From Amphiscolops sp. MND2022 (taxonomy: Eukaryota), in NCBI GenBank assembly GCA_964187785.1, contig OZ076409.1, positions 84,012,001 to 84,076,000 on the forward strand: a DNA stretch of 64,000 bases, written 5' to 3'. The notes beneath the pieces were generated by a model that searched no databases, was not told the origin of the DNA, and worked only from the letters and a program-made list of their open reading frames with translations. Positions 1 through 13,630 of the stretch are shown here, in pieces; the first letter of the stretch is position 1; each line of letters starts with the position of its first letter. Made by a program: the position numbers and the translations under genes.

Positions 1-2299
1 ATAGACGTTATCTTCCCATTATGAAAGAAGGTTTTACATTTAATTAGGGTAGTCTAAAGTTTTTAAGAAAATTTACTTCCAAAAATTCTGGTGGTGGGGG
101 GGGGGGGGGCTTGGAACAGAAAAGAGCCAAATTTTTCAGTCTTGTATTCAAGTGAAAATGTTTCTTTTAGATAAGTTCATTGTTATTCAGATGTTCTTCT
201 TTTTTAAAAAGCGTGTAAACGTTTGGCTCTTTTCTGCCCCACCACAAAAATTTTTGAAAGTGAATTTCCTCAAAATTTTCGGATTAGCCTAAATAGAAGT
301 AAATTCACTTTTTTCCATAACAGGAAGTTAACGTCTATTAGAACAATTTTTTCCCCCAGTTTTCCCCCCATCGTTTTTTTAGGAAATTGGTGAAAATGTT
401 ATAACAAAAAGACTTCAATACTAACCAGAAATCTTTTTCATATTTTTTTAGGTTGACAGTGTGAAGGTGAGATAAAAGCTTTGTGCACACTATTTTTGTC
501 TATGAAGTCAGGCATTTTTGATGAAGAAATCAACAGTTTGCTGTTTCGAGTCAGAAAAAAGTGAATAGCAACATAATTATAGTCAAAATGTGTGAAAAAT
601 GTTTTGCTCAAACAAAAAACTATTTCAATGGAAGGTGAATTCCTGTTATGAAAGAAGGTTTCACTATTAGTTAGGCTAGCCTGAAAATTTTATAGAAATT
701 CACTTTCAAAAATTATGGTGGTGGGTGGAGGAAACAGAAAAGCCGCTTTCGGAATAAATAAACTATACTATTCTTTTATAATCCGCCTTTTAGACTACTT
801 TTTCGAAGTTTTTCGTTAAAGTTGCTTGGATTGTTTTCAAACATTTTTTATACTGCAGAGATTTTTTCAAATGTGCTTGGATCTGCTTAGAGGATTTTGC
901 AGGTTGCATGGAGATTTTACAAAATTTTTCAGTATTTTCTATGTTCATCAAAAATTTGAATGCGTACATGGATGCAACATGGAAAATTTTCCGGCAGGTT
1001 CGACTAGAGTACTGTTTTGACCATTCTATTTCACGTCTAATAACTGCTTTTTCACCTGTTAATAGTGATCCGTCCGATAAATTTTTGGCTCTTTTCTGTT
1101 TTCTTCCCCACCACCAAATTTTTTTTGAAAAATTAGTGAAAATCTAATAACAAAAAGACTTAAATACAAATCAGAAAGCTTCGAATTTACATTTATTCTT
1201 AGTGTGACAGTTTAGGATTCGGATACAAACTTTGTTCATATTTTTTCAATATGTAGTCACGCATTTTTGATGAAGAAATCAACAGCTTCCTGTTTTGAGT
1301 AATCAGTAAAAACTTAATGCGAACATAATTATAGTCAAAACGCGTGAACAATGTTTTGTTCAAGCAAAAAAACTAATCCATTAGACGTTCCAATAGACGT
1401 TATCTTCCCATTATGAAAGAAGGTTTTACATTTAATTAGGGTAGTCTAAAGTTTTTAAGAAAATTTACTTCCAAAAATTCTGGTGGTGGGGGGGGGGGCT
1501 TGGAACAGAAAAGAGCCAAATTTTTTAGTCTTGTATTCAAGTGAAAATGTTTCTTTTAGATAAGTTCATTGTTATTCAGATGTTCTTCTTTTTTAAAAAG
1601 CGTGTAAACGTTTGGCTTTTCTGCCCCACCACAAAAATTTTTGAAAGTGAATTTCCTCAAAATTTTCGGATTAACCTAAATAGAAGTAAATTCACTTTTT
1701 TCCATAACAGGAAGTTAACGTCTATTAGAACAATTTTTTGTTTGAACAAAATATTTTTCACGCATTTTGACTTTTGTGGCTCAAAACAGGAAGCTGTTGA
1801 CCTTCTCATTAAGATTGCGTGAATTCACAAGGAAAAAGAGTGTGAACAAAGTTTGGCTCTTTTCTGTTCCCCCCCCACCACCAAAATTTTTGGCAGAAAG
1901 CCAAACGTTTCTGCAAATATGCTCATTTCAAATCTCATTGTGTTGGAGATTATTATTTGGACTCACCTCAACATATTTTCGGTGAGACTGATTGATCGCA
2001 AAAGTAAACGGAGAAACTGGTCATATTCTGAAAAGTTTTTATTTTAAAAATCCCACGTGCTGCAAAATTGGATGGAGTTACTCATTTAACCAAGTATTTG
2101 TTGCTCAACAACGCAATACCAATCCAAGTCTATACAGATTAAGTTAATTGATCTTTCTTTTTTTCCAGGTTTTCCGAATGTTATTCTGCACCAATCTTTA
2201 GGAGTTGGCACTACGATATTCGTTGTCAATAATACTTTCAAAATTGGTTTGCTTCATCCCAAAGAAGAAGCATCGCCGAGTAGAAAACGAAGAAGAAAA

Positions 2300-2524
2300 A
2301 TGAGTTTGACAGTGCAAGGAACCAATGATTCCTGCACGGTGAGCAAAGCAGCTATGGTGAAGAAAGGTTACTTCAGAGACATATATGTGAAAAATTTTGT
2401 GGGTAATATTTCAAACAGAAGCCCAATCATTAACCGCGGTTATTTCATTCGGGCCTTTTCTATCCAGAATGCAATTGCTCGTCTGCTGCGAGAAGCACAG
2501 TGTGGGGATCAAGGCATCGAACAG
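2300..2524 (+). CDS. LCMT2: tRNA wybutosine-synthesizing protein 4 / leucine carboxyl methyltransferase 2, coding exon 1
   Basis: VQGTND...SK...KGYFRD...RSPIINRGYFIR is the LCM N-terminal motif. Donor CAG|GTATTG at 2525, phase 0. The start may lie further upstream (acceptor at 2168, open frame). Confidence 0.9.
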
Positions 2525-3091
2525 GTATTGATTCCAACTGCATTTCGAAAATCGTTTCATTTTCAATCTGGCTCTTCTGTTTTTTTCTCACCTTCGAAAA
2601 TTTTTTGGAAGTGTCATTTCAATGTGAAATCTTTGCTGTCCAGTGCAGGAGTTAAGTTCAATTGAAGTACGATTCACGTTTGAACATGAAGGTCTTCTCG
2701 GCCGACAAACTCACAACAACCAAATCACCCCCAACCCCCCCCCCCTCCAACATCAAAATGTTGGTTAAATGAAATTTTGAAAATTTTTCCAAACTGGCTT
2801 GATTAAATTTTTTCGATAGCAGGAAGTTAACCTATTCGTTCAAACAATTTTTCACACGCATTTTTGGGCTCTTTTCTGTTTTCCCCCCACCACCAAATTT
2901 TTTGAAAGTATATTTCCCTAAAAACTTAACTAGCCTAAATAACAGTAAAACCTTTTTCATAATGGAAAGTTAACGTCTATTGGAATAGTTTTTTGCTTGA
3001 ACAAAACATTGCTCACACATTTTGACTATAATTATATTCGTATTAGGTGTTTATTGATGACTCAAAACAGGAAGCTGTTGATTTATTCATC

Positions 3092-3607
3092 AACAAGACG
3101 AGAACGCCTCAAGTCGGCGCTATATCTAAGGCTCAAAAAGCGCAAAACATTTTTTTTTGGAAAAAAACTTGAAATTTTCGGAAAAAAAATTTCTTTCGGA
3201 AAATGTCGCACAGTGCCGGAAAATGTAAAAGGGGGGACCTTTTTGATTTATAAACACGCATTCTGTAGCAAAATAACAAAAAACTCAAAAAGGGGGGACC
3301 CTTTGGGGACATTAAAAAAAATTCGAAAAAAATCTCACAGCGCCGAAAAAAAATCGAAAGGGGGGGGGGGGGGGTGTGCGAAACTTTAGTCCCGTCCGGG
3401 CTTGTATGTAACGTTGAAAAAGTGAATGAATGCGCTCCCCGTGTTTGCCTTTAGCGGTCCAGTAGTTTAGTACTTTTAGTAGTTGAACGTTAATTTTAAC
3501 TTTTAACGTTCGTCGCTTCGAGTCTGTCTTAAATAAAAAAAAAGAAAAAAAACGAGTGACTGTAATAGTCGGGCTCTTTTCTTAAGAAAAGCGCCGGCCG
3601 ACTAAAA
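3092..3607 (-). mobile_element. Non-autonomous Helentron-like (HINE/DINE-1-type) element
   Basis: Subterminal inverted repeat AGTCGGCGC...(G)CCGACT, terminal hairpin TAGTCGGGCTCTTTTC-TTAA-GAAAAGCGCC and AACAAG end. Inserted in an A-run of the host repeat with no TSD; the empty site is visible at ~1250-1290. Confidence 0.65.
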
Positions 3608-4316
3608 ATGCGTGACTACATAGGGCAAAGGGGGAACAAAGTTTGCATCTGAATCCTAAGCTGTCACCCTGAAAATAAATTTAAAATTGAATCTTTCTGG
3701 TTGGTATTCAAGTCTTTTTGTTTTAAGATTTTCATTAATTTTCCAAAAAATTTTTGGTGGTGTGGGAGGTTTGGGAACAGAAAAGAGCCCATTTTTGACT
3801 GTGATTTAAGAAAAATGAAGCTGTTGATTTCCCAAACACTTTTAGACGTTGTTCGCGTCTCTAAGAATTCAGACCTGAAAATGATCACAAAATGGGAACT
3901 CGTTCAATTTCCACTCCATAAAAATATTATTCCGACGGAGCTACAGCTGTTTTTGGTTGTTTATTTTTCAACAAATCATTCTCAGAACAAGTGTTGAATA
4001 AACACAAAGATCGGTACCAAGGCTACAAAATTAATCTGGAGGTTTTTTCTGACCAGTAGGTTTTGAGATTTTGCGTAATAATTTTAAATCACAAATTTCC
4101 CCGAAATACAATAAATTTTTGAATTTTGATTCGATTCTGAAATAAAAACCAAATTGCTTAAATCAAAATTTGAGTGACTGTTGCTCCTGAGATTCTTTCG
4201 TAATATGAATGTTATAAAAGAGATTGTGCTATGATGGTTTTCGGTTGCCAAATCGAGTGTTTAGCATATAATCGTTGTATGGTAATTTATATAATGCAGT
4301 TGGTTATACTGATTAG

Positions 4317-4468
4317 GTGGTATCGATGGGTGCCGGATTTGACACCACTTACTTCCGACTGAGAGATGCAGGTCTCACTAGAAACTTGGTCCGATATATA
4401 GAAGTGGACGTTCCAAATGTGATGGAGAGAAAGCTTAAAATGCTTGCAAAGCACAAAATGCTTAAAAG
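4317..4468 (+). CDS. LCMT2: LCMT2/TYW4 exon 2 (SAM-binding motif I)
   Basis: VVSMGAGFDTTYFRL...YIEVDVP. Acceptor AG at 4315-16 and donor GTTAGT at 4469; phases match the neighbouring exons. Confidence 0.9.
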
Positions 4469-6576
4469 GTTAGTTATCGGTTATTTCTTTTCGTTCGAAG
4501 ACATTGATGTTAAATGTTCAAGTTTTGCCCATAAACAAACTCGACAGTGGAATCATGGTAAATGGAATATGAGTTGTGTCTAATATGATTTTTAGTCATC
4601 GCTTTCTGAGAAAGTGCAGACTATAGTACCGTTTTTGTGAGACAAAAACCTGAAAGTTTTCATTTTTCATTGTTTCCTGTAGTCGCGAAAACATCAAAGA
4701 GAAGTGTTTCGAGTCTGAAAGACCCCTCTTCGTTTTTTTCCGACACTGAGATCTATAAAAATTTTCTCAACAATCGTCCCTGAACATATTTAATAGACTT
4801 CACTTTTTTAGTCTCGAGCGGAGCGTGGCGCCTACTTCGGCTGTTTATGGCTCGTTTATAATTCTCGGTCCAATTTTTCCGAGATGTAGCCAGAGAAAAA
4901 GCTACACCGATTGTTAACAAAAAATTTGTATATCAGTAGTGCGTGGAAGTTTTTCTGTCACAATTCGTTTTTCCCTATGACTTCGTAGGCGTTAAAATTA
5001 TTTTCCGATACAACTGTCAGTTCGAGTGTGGGGTTGTCAAAAGCATCGGAGAATGCCAAAATCATTGCTGAAGTTAAATTCTAATACAATCCTGTTAATA
5101 GAGTGCATAACAATGCAATGTTTCGAGGATGGCAGCTACACATTGACAATTGTGAGAAAAGAATTGGGATGATGCAAAATGAAAATGAAAGCTAAAAAGC
5201 ATGAAAATTCGAACACACTGAAAATCGTTCAAAATGACCTAGACAAAATGTTTGACATTTCATGTAGTTTACAATCAGGTTTTGTTTGGAATTTCTATCA
5301 CCAATAGTACACGACTTTGAAATTTCGTTTTTACATGTATTACTTTGTAATTGTGTTTGGGGTCTCAACTTTTGACATTTTAAGTGCTTAGCCTTGATGC
5401 AGTATTTACTTTAAGTATATCTCTGATAAATGCGTATCATCCACTGATTACCCTCAGAAAGTTTCACGTTTCTCCAAAACAAACTTCAGGAGAAAATGAA
5501 CCATCTCGGAGAATTAATTCTCTATATAACCCTAATACATGTATAAAGAATCCATTCTCCGAAAAAAAAACATTTTCCACTATCTTTTTCAACATTAAGA
5601 GTTTCTCTACATCAAACAAAAAGCTCTGGAAATTTTGAAAATATTGTCAAAATCAACAAAATTTTAGTTTCAAGCGATTAAAACCCTGAAAAGTGCGATC
5701 TCAACTCTTTATACTTTTGGGAACATTTTCAAACTTCATTATTGCCCGCAGTGACTATTCATACGGCCGAATTTGGAAAATAGGTCTCAAACAACAGAAT
5801 CTAATTTACTATATTTTAGTCCTCCATTAGGCAATGTCGAAAATACTGTCTGCATGACTCGGCCTTCATCCTTCCAGGGGCACTTCCTAGCTCTCCAGGT
5901 CGACCTTCGTCAAAACCAGTCGTTGGACTAGTAGTGGCTCGTCGCTCCGCGTCACTCGCTCCTGCATGTAGGGGTATGTAAACATAGCTGACTATTTCGA
6001 CAAAATCTGACACGCGTTTTCAACTTAGTGAATTCAATTCGATTTCAAATTTCAACCGATCAGAATGCACAATGAACAAATTTTCTGCTGTTTTAGATCA
6101 ATTTTTCATTTTTGGCTGGAATTTCGACGCATTGAGAATTCCTTTTGCCCGCAGAAACGTCGAACAAAATCTTCTCAAAACTAAATGAAATTGCAAGAAA
6201 CTTTTGCTTTTATGAGAAACTGCTAAGTTGTTTTTGAGCAATTTCCACTTGAAGTTCGCAATAATATTGCATATGTCCCATTTCTTTTTTACAGTACTGT
6301 ACTCAAATTCAGCACGCAAATTAAATTATTGCATAATATTTGTAAACAACTAAAAGGAAAGGGAAACATGAATCAGGAGACAGGGTCCCATCGGTTCAGG
6401 TTAATCTGGCACAAAAGCAGGAAAAGTTTTCCCAGAAATCCTTCCGCCAGGATTCGATCCCGCTTTGACCGCACACCATTGTATCATGGTTTAAGGGCAT
6501 TAGTTCCTCGATAATAATAGTTGCATAGCGTAGCTTTTGATTTTATTGCTGAGTGACAAACTGAATTGTTGTTCAG

Positions 6577-7236
6577 AGAAGACGACGGCGTTTACGAAGT
6601 TCTGCAGGAAGACATGAAAAATACTCAGAGCATGTTCCAAAAACTAGTCAACTTGGCTAATCCACGATATGTTACCTTGGTTCTCTGCGAGGTCTCTTTG
6701 GTATATTTACCCTTTCAAGTCAGCGACAGAATCTTAAAAGTTCTATCAGAAGTTTACGAAAGGAGTGTTTGTCTTTTGTACGAGCAGGTCAACACTAAAG
6801 ACCCTTTTGGAAAATTTATGCTGAAACATTTCAAAAAACTTGATTGTCCTCTTGGTTCACCTTCAGAATATAACAGCCTGGAACTTTTGATGAATAGAAC
6901 GGCGGGAAAATATCCGAAGGTTGTTGCAGTTGACTTGAATCACATTACGACACAAATTCTGCCGAAAAAGGAGTTGAAACGTGTGAACACTCTGGAGCCT
7001 TTTGATGAGTATGAAGAATTTTTCATTTTGAATTCCCATTATACGTTGACGTTACTGGGTAGCAAGGACGTGGAAATTCCGGACTTATTTCCAAAGTTAT
7101 CTGGATTGAGATGCCAGTGTTGTTATCCCAAAAGTCTTTTTCATCAGCGACGAAAAATTCCTAAAATCAGTTCGTCACGTCAGTACGAAATAGCATTCAA
7201 CTTCTTCAAACATGTTTCAGTGTTGATAAAAACGAG
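6577..7236 (+). CDS. LCMT2: LCMT2/TYW4 exon 3
   Basis: LCEVSLVYL, YEQVNTKDPFGKFMLKHF and LEPFDEYEEF...HY are LCM motifs. Acceptor TTCAG ends 6576 and donor GT at 7237; phase 2 at both ends. Confidence 0.9.
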
Positions 7237-7626
7237 GTTACTTGATTCTATATCAAAATTTAGCCAATTTCGATAAATACGAACCTGATTAGTTTGTAAA
7301 ACTTGTAACGCACATTAATGAGATTTTGCCAAATTTATTTTTGCCTAGACTTTTTTCCAAGTTCCTCAAATATGTATTATACCTTAGAAAACCTGATTTA
7401 GGCTGTATCAACTATATCAGGTGCTTGAAGAACTCTTTGATTCGGTCGCCAACAAATTTTTTTAAGTTTCTGGAACTCTTTGAGTGGAACCCTCCATAAG
7501 AATCTGGCCGTGTGTTCCTCAAGCTTTATCTGGTTCTTTTTTGCTTTTCTCAAAATTTCTTTATTTTCTAAATTGGAGATATTCGTTAGTATTAAGAGTA
7601 TTGGCTAATTTTTTTTCCCATCAAAG

Positions 7627-8701
7627 ATTGATTATCGTTGGAGGTTTCGGTGCCAAATTAGTACCAAAAGGCACAAAAGAAGAACCACATGCTAGATTGA
7701 AGTTATTTGCTGACATGGATATCAAAGACAGATCATCGGATGCCTTCAAGTGTGTGAAAAATTCGTGCTGGGAAAGACTTAACGCCGCCATGTTGAAGTG
7801 TGGAAACTTCTTAATTGTTTTTGGGGGGCGTAAGTCGCCTACTAACGCTCTCAATGATATGGTGAAAGTTCAACTGGGTGAGCAGTCATTCGGAAGTATC
7901 GAACATATAACCTCAGACGTCTGGGATTCTGAACATCCTGCCCCTCGGTTTAGGATGGCTTTTGGGGCCATAAGGTTCAATTACGGTGAAATTCAGGACT
8001 TCCATTTTTTCATAGATGGTGGAAAATCAGGAGAACAAAGTCTTGACGATGGTTTTGTGTACCACCCTGAGCTGAACTCGTGGGAAGTAGTGCAGTACTT
8101 AGATGAAAAACTACCACCTCGGCATTCACATTCAATTTGCAGTATCGAGGATTCGTCATTTTTATTATCTGGAGGTATTTTCAATAATGTCGAAACAGAC
8201 GTTAGTTCGAAAGTGTATCATCTTGAGTTCAGAAGTAGTGATCACTGCAATGTGCAACTTTTTTGTGAAAACATTGTGCCTGTTTTTGGACATACGTCAC
8301 ATCTGTATGAGAACCCTGAAGATTCCTCGAAGTGGCTTGTCTTGGTCGGGGGCATTGGATTCATTTCTGGGTATACTCTTCTACAAATACTTGACTTCTC
8401 CTCTCGAGAAATGATTCGTCTGGTGCGACTGCACGATTGTCTGGCTATCAACCATACCAGTCATTTGTTTCATCATCACCTGTTGATTGTTGGAGGCGGA
8501 GGCAATTTGTTTTCCTTTGGCACTTACTTCAATGATACCATAAAAGTTTATTCACTGCTGGAAGTATTGAACGATACAGAAGAGGTGGAAGGGTCAAAAT
8601 CCACCTCGGAGAACTATCAAACTAAAGGCTCCCCCATTGAAGTATCTCCTTCCGGGGATGAAGAATTTCATGACCCGGGGGTCGATAAAGGTGGGATGTA
8701 A
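7627..8701 (+). CDS. LCMT2: LCMT2/TYW4 exon 4 (kelch beta-propeller)
   Basis: Kelch repeats VFGGRKSP, PAPRFR, PPRHSHS, FGHTSH and IVGGGGNLFSFGTYFN, the typical TYW4 C-terminus. Ends at the stop at 8701 or splices out at 8690. Confidence 0.9.
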
Positions 8702-8867
8702 TGTTTCATTGGATCTCAACTCGTAATTCTATTTTTTCAGTGTAAAGATATGTTTTTATCTATTTCAAAAATTTTGGTTTTCATTTCACCTTTGGAAAGT
8801 TTATTCTTTCATTTTCAAAAAATGCTCTGATCGTTTTCTCGATTCGTTTTTCGAAGAATGTGTCTAG

Positions 8868-9927
8868 GCTATATACAGTTTGCCTTGTCCACCTGTAAGG
8901 AACAATTGAATCCAAGATTGCTGTGGAATTGGAAATTTACTCGTTTTCTTTGTGTCAATGTTGACATGTCCGGTTTTTGTCTGTACGGATTTTCTTATCA
9001 TTTGAAGTCCATGATTGAAAAATTTCATACTTACCCACCTTTTGTGCATGAAGAATATTGTGAAGACTCCGATCAGGTAAGCGTTCATATTCATGAAAGG
9101 GATCTGATCTATTTATTGAATGATATCATTTTGATCGCGACCTTCTGCAACTACTGTTAAAAGTTTTCAGTCGCCATGGGATGATTGCAGCACCGACCAG
9201 CTTTCTGGGACCGCAAATGCCAAACTGGACTTCAGTAGAAAGAGCCACGCAAACGCTGGAACCAATGACACAGATGAAGTCTCTGATAAAGATACTTGGG
9301 GTCTGAAGTTGTCGTTGGCAAGCACAAATTCTGGATCGAACAGCCAAAAATCTGTTCAGGATTCTGTTGACTCTCATCCGGTGCCCAAAAATGGAAGCAG
9401 TACTAGGAAATCCTTCCACAGCTCCTTTTCCGGAAGCAACAGGACTTCGTCATCGTTCATGAGCAGGAAAGGTTTGCTCACTTCTAAAGTAAACGTCAGA
9501 TTTTTGCCGGATTTCGTCAAGCTCGTCTAGCTTTTGGTGATTTATCAAGGTCATCTAGATTCTATTCTCGAATATCTCCAATGTTTTATGAGGTATTTAT
9601 GAATGCTGTAGAGAAGTATTGATATCATCTATTATAACTTGTATTTTTTCAGCCTTAACTGGGACTCAAAAGAAGTCAACAGGCAGTAGAAGAAAATTGC
9701 ACTCGCATCACAAGCATCGTGCATCGTCCAAGTATGCTTCGAGTCGGTCGTACGTTCAAGATGGCCACAGTGGACATGGTAGCTCTAAAAATAGAAGTGA
9801 AAGGCCTGAATCGTTGATTTCCTTTATCAGCGGGTCTGTAAAGGGGTCGCAGTTGATGGAAGAGTTTGATCAAAGTGATGACCAGAAAACATCTGAAAGC
9901 ACTTCATCTTCGAAGAAAAACAAATAG
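8868..9927 (+). CDS. Three further exons (8868-9076, 9171-9471, 9653-9927) encoding a Ser-rich region; probable C-terminal extension of LCMT2 or a separate gene
   Basis: GT/AG sites at 8691/8867, 9077/9170 and 9472/9652 are all phase-compatible (1, 0, 1). The frame is open to TAG at 9927. Confidence 0.55.
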
Positions 9928-10077
9928 CCTAGATTGTTAATTTACATTTTCCCTTCTCCTGGAATTTTCTGAGAATCTTATGTGTCGGCAATGAAATACA
10001 GATTTATCAAACATATTTGAATTACTTGAGGATGGCTCGATTACATTAACGAACTTTAAAATTCGAGTATAGTAATA

Positions 10078-10698
10078 CAGTCGAACTCGGATAAAAGAAA
10101 CCCGGATAAAAGAAACTTTTGGATATAAGAAACAATTTCACTCCGCCGGTTTTATACAAGACAAAATTTCTGCTGTTAAAAGAAACGCGACAACGGTTAT
10201 AAGAAACCGTTCACTTTTCTGAGATATGTTGAATGTGCTACCAAAATACAGTCAACTCCGGTTAATTCGTATCCGGATAATTCGGATCTTCGTTTAATTC
10301 GTATGTATCTGAGACCCCCATTTCGCGAGGACCAAAGTAATATCATCCGGTTAAATCGTATTTCCCACTATTCGTACTATTTTATTCGGTCCCTAGTGAT
10401 ACGAATTAGGCGGATTCTACTGTAAGTAAGCGTGTGTCATACGGTATACATGTAAATGTATTTACATTTCAGATAATGACAATGCCTTCAACCAGCGCAG
10501 TCACGCGTAAAACTCTTACATCAGCACAGAAATTGGAAATTATTCTCGCTGTAGACAAAAGGGGCAGTCAAACTTTATCGCAAATTCATTGTTTCAATGT
10601 TCAATACTGTTGTAACAGGACAACTGATAAAAGAAACTATGGATAAAAGAAACACTTTTTTCACCGCCCTCTGAGTTTCTCTTATCCGAGTTTGACTG
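10078..10698. mobile_element. pogo/Tc1-mariner-type MITE with a remnant of a CENP-B/psq HTH
   Basis: TA|CAGTCGAACTCGGATAA ... TTATCCGAGTTTGACTG|TA. Internal RKTLTSAQKLEIILAVD resembles the pogo/TIGD N-terminal HTH. Confidence 0.8.
10249..10422. mobile_element. Second pogo-type MITE nested in the first
   Basis: TA|CAGTCAACTCCGGTTAATTCGTATC ... GATACGAATTAGGCGGATTCTACTG|TA, imperfect TIRs. Confidence 0.7.
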
Positions 10699-12068
10699 TA
10701 CATTACTGTGATTAAAAAATCATCCCCTGGCGGTTTCAGGCTCATTTTTTTTCGGAGTCGGCTGGAAATTTAGAAAAATATCAGGAATAAACGTTTCTTA
10801 GAGTTTCATCTATTTTACATTAGTATTTTTTAAATTTTTCTGCGACGAAAATTGTAAAAATTACAATTACCAAAATTGGGACTTTTTGCCGTTTTTCAAA
10901 CTTTCGGCCGCTTATATTTTTGGCAATTTTTATACTCGATTAACTCCCACAAATCTACTGAAGCCATGGATGTATTTTGGTTTCAAAAATGATCGGGCGT
11001 TTCTGGAATATCAGACTCAAAATGCACACTTTGTTCAATTTACATGTATGAAGATAGGAAATTGAGTTTTCGCGGTGAAAAACTGCGATTATTTTTTCAT
11101 TTAGAACATTTCTGGCTTAAGAAATATATGCATCAATTCCAGAAAATCTACAGAGTCCTATGAGTTTAAAGTATAAAAAAGTCAAAAACCTGCTCAAAAC
11201 TGGGAAAATAACAGGTATTCTTTGAGCCTGAGATTCACTTAATGGGGTAATCAACCTTGAAAGTGAGTGCAAATAAACAATTTTAATTCGTTGAGAGATC
11301 AGGAAATTTAAAGGGGACCCTGCACCCTCGCAAAATTAATCGACTGAACTAATCCAAAAATACCCATTTGGTGGAAAAAACTGTTTCAAGAAATATTCGT
11401 CTGAAAAGTCGCAGTGCCGGATAACTCAAGAAAGACGACCCGCCACGCTGGTCGAACGGCTTTTCCGATGTGAACTATTGTAAAAAAACGAAGGTTTCAT
11501 GAAATAAAATTTTTTCGAAAGTCGCAAATTGTCGTAAATCTCTCTTTGCTACTTTCTATGCCTGTTTCTGGTTAGTGTTCCTAGGTATGAAATGGTCTTA
11601 GATACATTTTAGATAAATCTTCACGATGATTTGAAGTCACTGAAGATGAACAAGTGAACAAAAAATGCGCCATTCAGTGTCACCACTGACAAAAAAGACG
11701 AGAGCGTCTCGCTTAGGGCTCAAAAAGCACAGTCTCCAAAATTCTCAGGGGGATGGCTTGTATAAATTTCTGATTAATGTCAGCGCAGCAAAGTTGGAAA
11801 GGCTCCTTTCGGGCTCTGAAAACGCCTTTCTTTGACTGCATAAACTAAAATGGTTAACGAAATCTTTTCCCTCGAAAAACGTTGAACATTACCGGCTCGG
11901 ACAAACTCAACGGGGGGATTCTTTAGGCTCGTTTTTTCTGAAGGAAAGTAGAAAAAAAATTTAATTTGATGAAATATTGTTTTTGGCAATTTTCTTTGTT
12001 TCAGGCAGCCCAATTCTAGCTCGGACTTCATTCTCACTGTTTGTTTCTTCATTTAACGCCGACGAACA

Positions 12069-12529
12069 CGGTGTCAGAACACTTGCTACTAAGCAATTTG
12101 CTACTAGGGGATAAATGCTACTAGGTAATTTGGTACTACTTTTGGTGCAAGACTGTGGGGTAAGGTGCTACTGAGAAATATTAATTAAACAGTTGAGTGA
12201 CACCTTTTTCATACGGAATACAAAATACGGGCTATAATTGAATAATTATCAAGATGCTATAAAAGCAAGGCACACAATAATCAGACGTCATTCGATCATT
12301 TTAATTTTCATAATCTATCAACAACTTACAATGAATTCAAAATGAGCCTCAAATTTGGAACTTCTAACCGAGGACGATCGACTGTCAATCATTATTGTTT
12401 GCGCTTATTAAAAACGAACGGCTGGATGACCTTCAACGCGTAGTAGTAAAATTGAGTTGTAGCAAATCTCCCCTAGTAGCAATTGAACTGTAGTAGCAAT
12501 TAGCCTAGTAGCAAGTGGCCTAAACACTG
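12069..12529. mobile_element. MITE with TGCTACTA subterminal repeats
   Basis: Left CGGTGTCAGAACACTTGCTACTA followed by repeated TGCTACTA; right repeated TAGTAGCA ending TAGCAAGTGGCCTAAACACTG. Confidence 0.65.
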
Positions 12530-12597
12530 ATTACGACGAACACGTACATGTATTTGAAGGCATGTGTTCGTTTGATGGTCCAAATTTTGATCAATAC

Positions 12598-13527
12598 CAG
12601 GGGCGGAAATAAAACACGAAGTGAAATCGCGTGAATTTCAATGTAATTCGACTAATCAAATCACGCCGTGATTTAGCATGAAATTACAGCTCAATAAGTA
12701 AAATAGCGTGTAAAATAATACAATTACCGACATCGTATACCCCTTTCATCGTTATTACACTAATTTAATCACTAACTAATTTATTTCTTCCGGTGGGGTG
12801 TCACGAAGCAGAATATTCACTAAGCCGAAAAATTGAAAGTATTCACTAAGCCGAAAAATACAATGAAATGTATACTGTTACAGCCAATATGTATGGAACT
12901 TGATTTATTTGAATAGGTTAGAATATTTGTTGTATGGCTCGGTCGCTTCGCTCCCTTCGCCAGGTAGCAACATTGAGGCATGGCCAAATGGCACGTCGCT
13001 CCGCTTCGCTTCGCTCCTGCATTTAGGGCACTAGGAGTATGTGAACATAGCTGACTGGGGGAAATTGAAAGTTTCATTTCTTAAAAAATTTCTGAACGGA
13101 CTTCGTTCCGGTCCGCCCGCGTCAGCCAATTAGATTGCAGAGAATTATACAGTGCTACGTAATTTTCGGCTTAGTGAATACTTTCGTTTTTTCGGCTTAG
13201 TGAATACTTTCGTTTTTTCGGCTTAGTGAATACTTTCGTTTTTTCGGCTTCGTGGGAAGCCCCCTTTCTTCCCTGGTCTTCTGCGTCGGAAGCGCGAACA
13301 TTCTCGTATTTCAATAAATTACTAAGCGAAGAAAGGGAAAATATGGATGAAACTACCATAAAACACCTTTTGTTTCTTTATGTCAATGCAAAATTTATTG
13401 AATAAATATGTGTTAATCGATATTTTTTGCGTGAAAAAGCGTGTTTTTAATACGTTTTCCGTGTAATTTGTTTGAATCTAACGTGAGATTTTTCAGTTGT
13501 CATGTCCGTGTAATATTACCGCCCCTG
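12598..13527. mobile_element. hAT-type non-autonomous element
   Basis: TIR CAGGGGCGG...CCGCCCCTG with a perfect 8-bp TSD ATCAATAC (12590-97, 13528-35). Internal inverted TATTCACTAAGCCGAAAA repeats at 12814-12860 and 13160-13250. Confidence 0.85.
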
Positions 13528-13630
13528 ATCAATACTTTCGTTTGCTCGGTGCATAAATACTCCGTTTTCTCTTTGCTCACTCCCAAATCGTAATGTTTCT
13601 CTTTTTAACTTGGTGGGTGGGTATATTTAA

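Larger units (their letters stand above)
1..3830. repeat. Cluster of related, several-hundred-bp repeat units in direct and inverted orientation around LCMT2 exon 1
   Basis: 1-350 recurs almost identically at ~1392-1740. ~1080-1510 recurs reverse-complemented at ~2860-3090 plus 3608-3790, split by an inserted element. Confidence 0.8.
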
